Assembly: GCA_002633005.1 (NCBI GenBank)
Contig: NMRA01000268.1
Coordinates: 373,784 to 417,457, forward strand
Reading direction: 5' to 3'
DNA from: Phoronis australis
Taxonomy: Eukaryota; Animalia; Phoronida
DNA length: 43,674 nt
Shown: piece by piece, positions 24,579 to 37,350 of the stretch
Layout: every line of letters starts with the position of its first letter
Position numbering within the stretch: position 1 is the first letter of the stretch
Position numbers and translations under genes: made by a program
The notes under the pieces: generated by a model
Database searches by the model: none
Seen by the model: the letters and a program-made list of their open reading frames with translations, nothing else
What the model was told of the DNA's origin: nothing

Positions 24579-24889
24579 TTTTATTTATCACAGTTGAAAT
24601 TAACTACAATTATAGTAACAATAAAGAGCGCCAAAAAGCGCCCGATGCCGAACACCGCCTGCCCAAGTCGACAAGATGGCGGCAAAAGAACATTGCACAT
24701 GGGTTGTGACGTCACAGAAATAAAGAAGTAAAAATTTAGAGTCTTACAGGCTTTATATTCTGTCACCAAATTGTAAAGATGGCTTTAAGTAAATAGTTTT
24801 AACAATGAGACTAACTTTTAAAGAATTTGTTGGTTTCGGCTTAAAAATTAAAATAGGCAGAATTTGACGGATGATGGGTAAAATTCAAG
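24579..24889. promoter_or_regulatory. Bidirectional promoter / 5' UTR region shared by EIF3A and DENND10
   Basis: Only 311 bp separate the divergent ATGs. It contains a YY1-type CAAGATGGCGGC (24672-24683), a palindromic CRE/ATF site TGTGACGTCACA (24705-24716), and minus-strand TTCTTTTGCC (about 24681-24690) resembling a TCT/5'TOP start for EIF3A. Confidence 0.7.
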
Positions 24890-27800
24890 ATGTCAGCCCT
24901 CTGTGATTTGTTAGCTGCAGGTTTAATCGGTAAACTTTGCGCTTTGATGTGCGTTTGGCGTAGTTTTATGAATGCACAGTGACAAGTTTGATTCAGTTAC
25001 AAAACTGATTGTTTTTTAATAAGACTTAAATATTTTCCTCCAGTGTATATCTCTTTTATGTGATTTTAGTTGACTTCCGCATTCATCATTCCACTTCCAC
25101 AGAACAGAGTCAGAGAGACAGAGACTGTCAGTGTCAGTGTTAAAGACTGACGAAGTCAGAGACACAGACATTGACTGGGTCTCTCATCAGCCGCCGGTTG
25201 CGACATTATGATATATGCAGAAAGTTTTACAAGAGTGATTCAATGTGGCCTGCCAGCAAGCAGTTTCATTGACCAAAACTAATGAGTAGTGGCAATGCAA
25301 GCGCTAACAAGACACATTACATCGCCTGAGGCTTAGCGTAATGCGAAGTCGCATTTGACGACTTGGATGAAGTCCCAGATTGCCAAATGAAATCTGAGGT
25401 TGCCAAAAGCGACATCAAATTCGGGGACTAGAAAAAAAAAACGCCCAACCAAGTCTCAGGCTGCCAAAAGCAGAATCTCTGCTCTGATGCTGGCAACCAA
25501 AAAGGGTTGTAAGGTCGTGCCGGAATCCAGAATCTTATCTCTTCAATTCCTCCCCATACAGAACATGTAACATTCACTAACTCAATTCCTACCACCAAAT
25601 GAAGATAGAACGCAAACGATCGCTTACACTGGTGACGCGTGTTTCACCGGTTTTGCCTGATATTTGCTGTATAATTCCATCTTCCGTATGTTTACTTACT
25701 GCTGTAATTTAAGCACGCTTGATGTGAGCTGACTGCTGTGGTAGTAAATGCACTGATTTCACAAAGTAATTGGAACAATTGTGAACCAAAGGTATCAAAT
25801 CTAAGAAAACTGTTAGTAATTTTTAGTTTGGAAGTTACCAAAAACTTGGGATTTTTCCAAGGTCACCAAACACAATCTGAGGTTGTATTGGGGACCTGCA
25901 GGTCGCCAAGTTGAGCACTGCTTTAAATTGACACCCTAAGATACAACACTTCAATATTTTACCGTAAACTCGCGAGTTAACACCCATGCCCGTGTAATCG
26001 CCCATCCCCAACTAGTGGTCAATTTTCAGTTTAAGCGCCAACTGCTTGGGTAATCACCCATTCCCTACTTCGTGCTAATTTTCACTTAAGCGTCCACCTC
26101 TCCGGTAATCACCCATCCCCAACTTAACGCTTACAGAACTTAAGCTTGAACTCATGCTTTTGTTCGCAGCTTTGCCTCGGGCTCAGACTTCCGTGTTTGC
26201 TGGAAACGCGGCATGCTTACACCTGCGTACAATTGTCTCGAAAAGTATGTTTTTCAGGCGGCGTTTGTGGAATAACTGAAGTGCTGCAACTACCTTTTTA
26301 ACTTATCAACCGATCTTTTGTTAAATTAATATAGGCCTACTCCGTAGATTTTTATAGAGGTGACGCTAGTATACTACGAGATTAGGCGTACGATGTTGTG
26401 GTTGTCACTGACGTAAGTTGTCTAGGTTACAAGTTTTCGAATAACGTAGTCTAAATTTTTTCGTATAATGCACCATTTCCAATGCTTTTTCGAGTTCAGT
26501 AGATCAAATTTTTTAGTGTTTGGCGAGAACAAATAAAACTTTGAAACATCCCCATGTATTTTTAGACGGAGCACTTGATTTTGCTACATTTTTGACACAT
26601 ATTTGAATTGAATCAATTAATCTAACCCCTCTCTTTTTGTAATTTCACATGTAGACCACGGGATTTTGGTAGATTTATTTCCTGGGTCAACTCAGATTTG
26701 AATTGAACAATTATTCACACACCCCTTTCGTTGTAATTGCAAATGGTTTGTGTTGGTCAGGAACCAATAGCGACGGATAAACTAAACAATGAATCGAAAG
26801 TTTAGCAGGTTTAATACGCAGACGACATCAACAACAATGAGACGGGACTGGAAGGGTTCCAACTAAACACAGTCGTACGAACAACACTAACAACACAACG
26901 GCACTGGAAACAACATGTAGTCCCGTTCACTGATCTGCAACAGTGCTTGCTTGATACAGTAAGTGGACTGCCATTGGAGTTTCATAAAGCTCCGTGGTAT
27001 GACATTTTCCAGCACGCTAATATATTTGAAAACATCCCACTTCTTAACAACGTTCTCGCAAAATCACCCTTTCAAAGTTGAAATCCTGTTTCTGTTTGAG
27101 AAATTTTGTGGTTGTCGAGTCCTGCTGTTTGGTCAAACTTACAAGTTATGTGCTCAAATGAACAACCAGTGGCGGCCACTGCTTGGGTAATCGCCCACCC
27201 CCCTGTATCAGGGTTTCCCAATTTAAGCGCCTAGGGCGTTACCCGCGAGATTACGGTAATAAAAATTCTACGTGCCCTATGTAATGTGGTTGGCAATTAT
27301 TCAGAGCATAAAAATAAACTTTTCTCATAATTCAGATTTGATTCTTCTGCTTAACAACAGATATTTAACAAAATGATAGTTTCTCGAGTCTCGGCCTCAC
27401 ATTCTTTGTCCCAACCACTGACTTTCCCAAAAATATATATCAACCGTAACAATGAGACACTATACATCTGTGCAATTCCTTGAACAATATAACTTGTGAG
27501 TGGATTAAAAAACTAGTTATCAGCCTTTTATGAGTAGACACAGTTTGGACCAGGAAGAAGCCGGCGAGGATAATTTTCGTGAGATAGGTAGGATCGTCGA
27601 GTTTTATTTATGTACCAAAAGTTGGAGGAATATCAATGTTGAGTACAGTGTCCACTATTTGACCATGGGTACACCTGACTGATGCCACCAAAGTTTGACC
27701 ATGACTATGAATACATTAGCCTTTCAAGGGACATTTCCTTGTCAAATTTATTTTTCAGTCTTTAGAAATTATAGAAAAAGACAGTCCAAGACTTTCACGT

Positions 27801-30800
27801 TCTGTAAATTTTGCCTGTACGTTACTGTGAATAACAGTTTAGCCATCGGCCACATTGAATCATTCTTGTATACCTTCCTATATATTATAGGGTCCAATCA
27901 AACCGCTGGTGACAGTGCGTGTGCACTTAACTGACTTGACCATCAGGAGATGGTTCTCTAATTGGGAGAATTGCACTCTCCCTGGAAAATTTCACCATGT
28001 CAGTAGAATTTCTCTTCTTTTAGGTTGTATAAATCTCCCGATTTGGAAAATTTGCTTTCACGTAATGAAGAGCAGTTATTGTTATCCCAGAAAAATAAAT
28101 TTGGTCACTGACGAATTTCGGTTACAATGGACATTTTACAAGCTATGTGGGAGGTTTGTTGTTACTCTGCGTGATTGTACAGTGTTTTATATCACATGCT
28201 ACGGTTGTTGAATTACATTACTGCGAGGTTATTGCCTTCAGCAAGAGCTGAGAAAAAGATATCAGTCTGTCAAAGCGAATTGCCCGTGTGAATTTTTAAT
28301 TTCTACAGATAATTCTAGTAATTTTCCACACTATTCAATGGTTCCAAACTTGAATTTCACAGATTGAATACTTTTCCCCTCAACATTCATTCCCCAATTC
28401 ACAGAATTTCTCCAGATGAATAGATTTTTTTCTGCTAATGCAGGGAGCCTGTCATGGCTCGTCCAGTTTAGATGGTAAGCTCTGTCTGTGATGGTATCAT
28501 ATCATAGAATTGCCAGGACAGTACGGTGGAATGTGCTTCTTAACATATCCACATTATTAAAGTAATTAAGAAATTATGGCTTCTTATGTTTGTTTTTTAT
28601 TGCAGTTGAGTATTGACTGTCTACAGATTGAAGTTGTTGCGTGAAGAGTTCAAGTTTATGCCGAAACTGCATTGTTCTTGGTTGTCTTATTTTTGATATA
28701 TTTAAGCTATTGTTTAATGAATGCTTTTCTTGGTTTTAGAGAAAGATTCCAATGCAGATGTCTTATGGACTTGGTCTTATCCATCTGTAACTAAAGATCA
28801 AAGGAATTTATTAATGAGGAAATGTTGCTTAACCAGTAATGAAGTGATTCCTCTAGTCTATGGCCAGTACAAACGCCAGTGGTACTACATCTATACAACT
28901 GAAGCTGGTGGTACTGGTGCCCTTCCCAAGGTTAGTGTAGCCAGAGACTTTTCAAAAGCTTTTGATCGAGTATCACTTTTTTACTTTTTCATAGACTCAT
29001 GCAAATTCATGTTCATGGTATCACCTTGAGATAGCATACCTTATGCTTTATGGTAATAGACCACATGAGAGTTTCCCAGTTGTGTAGGGAAAGTGGGACA
29101 AAGTAATATATTCCATACCATACCATATGCTTTGTTGTAATAGACCATATGACAGTTTCCCAGTTGTGCAGGGAAAGTGGGACAAAGTTGCCATCTTATT
29201 GCATGACTATGGTCAATAGTCTTACAGAAGGGAAACCAGCATGAGGCATTACGTATCTCAAATGATGTCCTGCTGCGCAGTAACATGTTTGCCCCCTTCA
29301 GTCAGGTCAAGGCAAGTGTAAGAGGACCTCCTAGTTTCTTAACTCACAAAGTATCTATTCTTTGTTTATTTTGCACAAAAATAATTGCTAATTTATTTCA
29401 AAGGCTCACGGCAATGTTACGTATGGAGAACAAATTAGCAGTCATTGTTTTATCTCAGCTATACAGTACAGACTTTCTTATAAATTTAATAAAAAAAAAT
29501 TTAATGTTCATACTAGTATTTGTTAAAAATGAGACAAAATAAATTACCTTGTGTTGGCTATATTGTGTGCTTATATACAATAATTACCTTATCCTTTTGA
29601 CCCCTGAGCACACACAATATGTTAACAACAATCTCTTAAAACATTGTATTGCTTGACTCCTCAGTTTACTCATGCTGTGTAAACCAGGCATAGTTGAGTC
29701 ATTAACATGTCACATGACATCAATACAGTGGAGCCCACTTAATATCATACCAGATAATAGAGTATCTTGGTTATTGCCATGAAATGTCAAAAACCAAACC
29801 ATTTTCTATTAAACCTACCTAAAATAACTCACACAATTTCATGAGTAATTGTCATATTCCTGTATATTATCATTAAAAATAATCAAAACTTGATTCTCAG
29901 CAGCTTATTATCATAAATTATTAGCTTTAGTATATTAAACTTTGTTGCAAGTGTGTAATGACTGTATTATACCTGATGATGATATTGAGGAATATCGAAA
30001 TGTTGTGATACAAAGCATAGCACCTGTATTTCACCACATTTCTTAAAAAACTCTCCCTTTTGTTTAATCAGTAAACTCATCTAAACCTACTGATTGTCAT
30101 CGTGCTCTGCTCCACTTAAAATGGTCAGTTTATTAGAGTGGTTATTACAATCATCACCGAGTTGGAACATGCTAAATAAAATATCCCGCTTATTATGATA
30201 ATTCATGTTGAAACTGAGGTTATGACATAAAGCGAGTTCCACTGTACTAGGTTAATAGTGGTCTGCTTGATTGACAGGTACTCTACTTGTCCATTGTGCT
30301 GTTGGTCAAAGACTTCAACCCAGAGAAGTATGAAACTCTGTGTTCAATCCTCAGTCACCAGTACAAAAGTACAGGTGACCCGGCATCCATGTTAAACAAC
30401 TACCTCTCTGTTGTCACCAAGGGTGCGTGTAGCAGTGAACAGAATGGCATGTTCTCGACCAAAGACTTTGATGTCAGACAAGCCTATGTGAAAAGCTCCA
30501 TTAAAGGTGGGTGAAATTAATTTGAGGTATGATGAATGAATCAGGTGAGTGGGGAATTAGATGTTATCTCAGGTGTTTTGTATGACAAAGCCTAGAAATT
30601 TTACTTGAAATTGAATGTGGATGCTACAGCGAGAACTTTATTGCTTCATACTCGGCAATTATCACTATCCCTCGAAGTATGATTAGTCATTGCAAAAGAA
30701 TTTTTCGTCTTTGTAAAAACCATAATTTAGATTTAGATTTTTAAATTTAGTGAAGTGTGCATAATGTTCTTGTTACAGTTAAAAGTCAGGAAGATGACGA

Positions 30801-33800
30801 CAGTTGATTCCATTCACATTTTCTTCCTCGAAAGTTCTGTGCACAATTTACATTTTACACACGCACACGCACATACACACGCACACACACACATTGTATG
30901 CCCCTAGTGGCCTTTTCAATTTATGTTACATGGCACTAATAAACATACTTAGAAGCATTGTGCTTTCGTTGCAGTTTGGGCACATTTCAATGCTTTGCAT
31001 TGCTCGTATTTGTTTTGTCATAGAGTCTTTACTTTACACTGGTTGGTGTGCATCTCCCTGATCAATAGCCATTATCAGAGCGTCATAGCCTTTACTTTCA
31101 CCCTTGTTTTGCGGCTTTCAGTAGTTGGTGTAGTTGATTATTAACCCACCTTTCATCACAAAAAACTTTTTTTTTAGTTTAGATCAACTATTTTTAAGAA
31201 ATTGGTAACAAATTGTTCCTAGTCAAATTGCCTTTGTCATGGCAGGTGATTGCATGCACCAAGCATGATCTCAACCAATAACAATCTGCCCATCTTTCAT
31301 GCACAGAGACTCTTTTTCATATAGGTGAGGATACTAAGGAACAAGATGAGTTCTATGAATTAAGATCTATTGATCTAAATCAACAGTTAATTTCTTTGAC
31401 AGAATTTGGGTTTAGAGCCACTTTAAATTTGAGTGGAGTTGAAGAAAGGGACTTGCTACGCTATTCTAAAAGTCAAAAACTGTCAACTTCAAACTGGTTT
31501 AAAAATACTTGGTGTTAGAGTATCTGGTCACATGACCATTTGATGAACTCTACTTTTTGCATGATATTGTCTGCTGACTACCTCAAAGTTGTTAGTTCAA
31601 GCCTAGTTACTTGTTCAAAGCAATTTTTTGAATTTTCAACTGTGTAGTTCTGGAACGTAGAACTTTGCATTTCAAAACATGTAACATTGTCAATTTTTTA
31701 ATGGTTATGTTTCATTTTAGATATAATAAACACCTTTGGCATGGAGGTTATTTTAATTTACACTGCTCTCTTGCTCAAGAAGAAAATTGTAGTTTACCAT
31801 CCGAAAGCTCAAGATTTATTAGACTTTATCAGGTAAGTATTCTTCCAATGTCAAAACCAGTAAGTGACAACAGACGCATGGCAGATGGTAACCAGAGGGT
31901 TAAATTGGCCTTTTTATGGATAATGAAAATCAGTGTTTATGCATCCAGAATAGATTTGTGGAGCATGAATCCTCTAATACAAAGCCTAGAAACTGTACCA
32001 GGCATGCAATCATCCACTCTATAGTTTGGTCACCTTTTGGATAGATGCAGCCTGTTTCATCCCATATGATAAATTGAACTTCTGTCAGTTTGAAGTATTA
32101 ATAAGATGAAGTGATTTCTGCAAATCTTATATGTGCATCTGCTGCTGGTGCTGCCTGGTATGACCACAATCCTTTGTGTGTATCGTGCCTCTCGCAATTT
32201 GTAAGAAGGTAAAAAATCAAATGGACAAAAATGCATGTAGTTTTTGAAATCTTCCATCACAGTAATGTAAGTGTGATTGTACAGAATCAGTATGAACCCA
32301 CTGGACACCCCCCACTGAGTCCTTGGCATGTCGGGACTTTGATGTTGACTTGTGATGTGGCATTGGCTGACCCTTTAGATAAGAATATGGCTGTTTAAAC
32401 TCTTTGTACTTTTGACTGTGTCCTGAAGTGTGCAAGTTGATGTTGACCTCCTTGGAAAAGAAATTCTGTCAATAGTTTAGGCATAGTTTGGTTCTATTTA
32501 GATAATTTGTGCATTGTTCCTGGGCTTTGTTTGAAACTGTATGTCCTCAGTATTTAGCTTCCAGAAAATGAAAAAATGAATTAAACCATTTAAGCTCATA
32601 AAATTGGTCTTCATTATATTCCTCACTGTGATATGACTCTATTTCCATTACCAACAAGAGCATCAAAATCTTCTGTGACTATAGACAATGTTACAGACTT
32701 TATTGAGGTTGTCCAACCCTAAAATGCATGAATCTGAAAATGGCACAACCGCCCATTACCTGTGACTTGAATTGTTGGTGCATTTGGCAACAATTCAATA
32801 TCCGATAAGTGTGGTTGTGTTTAAACCCCTAGCGTTGATGGAGAATTCAGCATTGTTATCTAACAATGGCAAAATCCGTTTTAAGTTTAATGTATTTATG
32901 TATTTGTGAGATGTCAGTGTGCGACCTTGTCTTGTCCAGACTTGTCTATGCTGTCTGTCATCTTTTATTTGGTATTTATTTCAGGGCACTGCCCACACTG
33001 GTCTGGCATCGACAGAACTGGTCCATCTTGCATCCCTACTGCCACCTTGTGAGCGACGAAGAAGAAGAGTTAAAGGGACTGACGTCATATGTTGCTGGGT
33101 TCACTGACAGTGCAGTGGAAGGACGGTTGGTTGATCAACTTGTGCTTGAATGTAACCTGAATGTTTAAGGTTATGGAGGACTCTAGACAAATTGTCCAAA
33201 TATGGTAGTTGGGAACATCGTATCTCAAAAAGCGCTGATCAGGTTCATTAAGTTAGAAACTTCGTATCTCAGAAAGTGCTGATCAGATTCATTAAGTTAG
33301 GAACATCGTATCTCAGAAAGTGCTGATCAGATTCATTAAGTTAGGAACATCGTATCTCAGAAAGTGCTGATCAGATTCATTAAGTTAGGAACATCGTATC
33401 TCAGAAAGTGCTGATCAGATTCATTTGAAGCTTTCAGATACTACGCTTTATGCAATATCCAATACACTTAGGAATTGCATTTTGGATGTTCCACTTTTAC
33501 GTTAGGGGCTATCAAAAATATAACTTGAAGGTTTTTCAAAGGAAAATCAAAGGAAGTATAAAACAAAACCAAAATGATAATTTAGACAACTGTAACACAT
33601 TTCTATGAAACAAAGTTTGGTCAAAAGACACGTTATTGATACTCTTGTTGGTACTCTTGTTTTGGTGTCAATGTACCATTCTTTTTTACTAAATTTAGGT
33701 AAAATAGACATGGTCACATGACCCAGTAAGTGACAGGTTGGTAAAAAGTAAAAATCAAATTCTACAAGCTGTCTACCTTTAGAAAATATTTACTCTTTTT

Positions 33801-35723
33801 GAATTAAGGTTTATAGCTTTGTTGATATTAATCTGAATACAATGACTCGTCGATAAGGTTCCACGTAACGTATAAGTGTTTCCTGAAATAAACCCATATT
33901 TTTGTACATTGTTTTCTGTTTCTTCCATTATATTTGCTGCTTTCTTGTGCACTTGCATACTTTGTTAATTTGAGTTGACGAATATAGCATTCTCAAGTGA
34001 CCATTAAAGAACAATTGTGTTAAAAATGCTTATATTGGTAAAGTGTGAATAATTACTACTTCAACTACACAGCCAGGTTATTTACTCATTTCTAAGGCAA
34101 TGCAGGACATTACTATGTCATAGCGTTGTCATGGCACAAAGTGAAAAAGGTCTTTCTAAGGTGGACTAAAGCTAGTCTCTAGTATGTGTGTGGGGGTGTG
34201 TAGGGTGCATAGTGTAGGGTAATCATAAATGATAAATATGCTTATACACCACATGTTGACCTAAACATTTCAAGTCTGAAAGACATTTCTCTTTCAAACG
34301 AAACTTGAATTGAAACCCTTCTTTTCTTTCCTTTAACCACACAGATGATGGTTTCAGTGTCTGTGTGGATTTGGTTGTCTGTAAGGATTACTGAATGTCG
34401 TGGTCTCCATCTCCAGTCAGATAACAAATCTCTTCAGTCTTGAATTTTTCAGGTCATGAGATGCTGCCCTCTGGTGTGGTGTAAGAGATAAGATATTACA
34501 GTAAAAATCCTTCAATTTGGGACAATAGTGTTTGCTTTAATTGTCATATATCTATCCTTTTCAGAGGATTACCAAATTGTTGTCAGTGCTCAAAAATTCA
34601 CCAAAAATGTTCTTTGGTAGTACAAACCATGCTAACACCAAATTAAATTTTCTTAAAAAGTTGTTTTTCATTGAGAAATTTGACAATTCACATGTCCACT
34701 GTATTGTGACCCGAAGTGTAGACTTTTTGCCGTACTGTTGTCAGTGTGTGAATGTGAACATCTCACCCTTATTATCAAAATTCACCTACGTAATTCACGA
34801 AATAGTTTAACTCCAATTTTTTTCTGTGAACACCTATTAAGGACATGTAATCTGTGTAACACATTGCTTATTTCAGGCTGGACCTGTATGACGTTTTCAT
34901 CAATGTCACTGCGACTTCTATATCCGTGTCGAGTTCTGCAAAGGAGTCGTTGAGCCTGGGTAAACTGCACAAAGACATAGCTGCATTAATGGTTGAGAGT
35001 GCAGCTGATGACGAGGCAAATGACAACGCAGTCATTAAGGTCTGTATCACGTGTCTATGCTGCATTATAGGCAATAGTCCCTAACAGGTGTCTCAGATTA
35101 TAAGAACCAGTTTGATGCTTGTTATTCAGTGGAGAAAACTGTTGTTCAAAATAAGGGACTCCTGTAAGTGAGTATTACATCATCATTGGTATTATTATCT
35201 GTGTGTATGTAATGCAAGCGATGAATGGCAGAGTATTTGAAGCATGTTTAGCTGGTAACGTCATCGGCCTTGATTTCAGTGAATGTCTGACAGACAGCAT
35301 CAAGAACTGAAATTTGTCATTAAACCACAAAAACACAACAGATTCTTTTGTCTTGTGACTCTGGTCAGTGATGATATTTCCAAAGAGTTTATCCCATCCA
35401 ACAATAACCCAAAAGTGCACTTTTGGTTGATAAAACTGATAATGTCTTAAAGAAGATAATGCACATGCATAAGGTATGAACTATGCTTGCACTTACAAGC
35501 AAAGTTGCATGGTTTGCAAATGATATTCAAAATTCTGCTTTTGTTTCAGGCCATTGCTTTAAAAACTAAAGAGCTGTTGACCAACCTGAAAAGTCTCGCC
35601 AGTGCAGGGGATGATGGGAAGGCTTATGTTAGCCTAGAGGTCCTGCGAACGAGGAAAATGCCACCAGCAACACAGAACTTCCTGTACAGTCTCGCTGCAG
35701 CTGAAGGACTTGTCCAGCTTTAG
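24890..35723 (+). CDS. DENND10: DENN domain-containing protein 10 (FAM45A), 7 exons, about 349 aa
   Basis: Exons 24890-24929, 28740-28930, 30278-30506, 31721-31832, 32985-33125, 34877-35039 and 35550-35723 (TAG) total 1050 nt. Motifs GLIEKDSNADVLWTWSYPS, KDFNPEKY, LPTLVWHRQNWSILH, LGKLHKDI and PPATQNFLYSLAAAE match DENND10/FAM45. Confidence 0.94.
25962..27256. mobile_element. Non-autonomous Tc1/mariner-superfamily element (about 1.3 kb)
   Basis: TA-CCGTAAACTCGCGAGTTAACACCC ... GGGCGTTACCCGCGAGATTACGG-TA: imperfect TIRs, TA TSD, subterminal GTAATCRCCCA repeats at both ends. Confidence 0.8.
29057..29188. repeat. Short direct duplication (period 84 bp)
   Basis: TAGACCAYATGASAGTTTCCCAGTTGTGYAGGGAAAGTGGGACAAAGT at 29057 and 29141. 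Confidence 0.85.
29726..30244. mobile_element. Old Tc1/mariner/pogo-type MITE
   Basis: TA-CAGTGGAGCCCACTT ... AAGCGAGTTCCACTG-TA termini with TA flanks. Confidence 0.6.
33169..33870 (+). mobile_element. MITE family B copy with an internal tandem expansion
   Basis: TTAA-GGTTATGGAGGA start and TCCACGTAACG end; homologous to 16953-17476. Confidence 0.7.
33208..33425 (+). repeat. 44-bp tandem repeat, about 5 copies
   Basis: Unit GAACATCGTATCTCAGAAAGTGCTGATCAGATTCATTAAGTTAG starts at 33213, 33257, 33301, 33345 and 33389. Confidence 0.95.
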
Positions 35724-37276
35724 TCAAGCACAAACAGAATTTTTTTCATTGTTTTTGACATTTTTAGAAATAGAGGAAGATGGCATATATGCAATGGATT
35801 GTGGGAAATTGCTCTACCTCAATAGCCGTAAAGCAGCCAAATCACACTAGGTGTCACCAGATGGTGAGAAGGGGAATATCCCATGAGTCTTTTTTGGAGT
35901 GTGGACTCAACAGATTTTCAGCTCTCTGTAAAAATGTCAAATTTGTTTCTTGTAATTAGTGCCATTGTTGAATCATTTGTTCTTGTGCTGACCACAATTT
36001 ATTTATCAGGATGTCCACACATCAAGAGACACACTCAAAAGTGAAAGCTGATGTTACTTTTGTAATGATAACAAATCAAGTATTAACCTCCCATGTCTTT
36101 GAATTTCACATTTTTTGTGGTTTATTTTCAAATAATTATGATTATTTTTAGAAGGATGTACTATAATAACGTTACTGAGAAACTAGTGACAAAGTGATCG
36201 TGGCAATGCAATTTGTCTGTGATGCGCCCATGGAAACGGTTTACTTCTAAAGATTTTGGTGATAAACTGAATGCTATCATGAAACATCATCGTTAAATCA
36301 CACTAGTGTTTAGTTGTTATAACATTATTTTCATGGAAAGCATAATTTACTAAATATTAGACAACCACTTATGTTGGGTGTTAGTAACTCAATACGTTAC
36401 TGGTACATTTTCTGTACCATTTATTACCTGTGTTGCGGAAGTATAAGAAGCATCATTGGGTGTTATTACACGGTCACTGATACATCTGTCCTCTGATTGG
36501 CTATACCGCAGTACGATAGTTTGCATTATATGATAATATAGACCAACCTTGCCATGTAATATCACTTTCATTCGCACTGTCTGGACATCAAATGTTGACA
36601 TTCACAATCTGTCCAATTAAGATGTTGTAAAAAGTATAAACACTGGCTACAGAGTGAGCAGACAAAGCTAGAACATGAAGGCAGGCAAGAACATGATAAT
36701 CTTGACTAATAAAAGGCAAACAAATCAGAGGAAAGAAGCATCAGTGGTGTGGAATAAAACAAATGTAGTCTAGTTGCTTGGGCATATCAGGTCATATGTA
36801 CTGAGGCTGTGGGCAACATCGGTCTCCCCTCATCCATATGTACAGAGGGAAAGAAGTGTTGTCAGAGGTCAAAGGCTGAGGACAACGTTGCTGTCCGTTG
36901 GTCTATATGACATGGTATCACTCTCAGCATTAGTTTATATAGTTGATCAAGTGAATCATGCTAGTTTAAATTTTGTTAGAGCCAACAGTATTATGTCATC
37001 AATATGTGGTTGTATTACGACCGTTGGATATTGTCAAGACTTCTTCATATTTAGTCTATTTACATATAATTATTGATTGACAAATTGTTTAGGTGGCAAC
37101 AAACCCACGTTCCTCCAAGAAAGTAAATTTTGATTTTGAAAACTCACTGCTATAAAGCTAAACTTGCTCCTTACTCAGATGAGAGGTGATTTTTGGCCTT
37201 GCAAAGAACTGACAAAGTTCGTTATTCCTGGAGACCATGCTTGGAGATTACAATGTCAGGTAATGACAAGTCAGCT

Positions 37277-37350
37277 GGTACATTCAACTTGTACATTCAA
37301 CGTGTACAGTTCACTTGTACAGTCAACTTGTACAGTTCACTTGTACAGTC
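37277..37350. repeat. 13-bp minisatellite
   Basis: About 5.5 copies of a TGTACAGTCAACT-like unit. Confidence 0.85.

Noticed and set aside
33208-33425. CRISPR-like regular repeats
   Set aside because: The units are head-to-tail with no unique spacers, inside a eukaryotic MITE.
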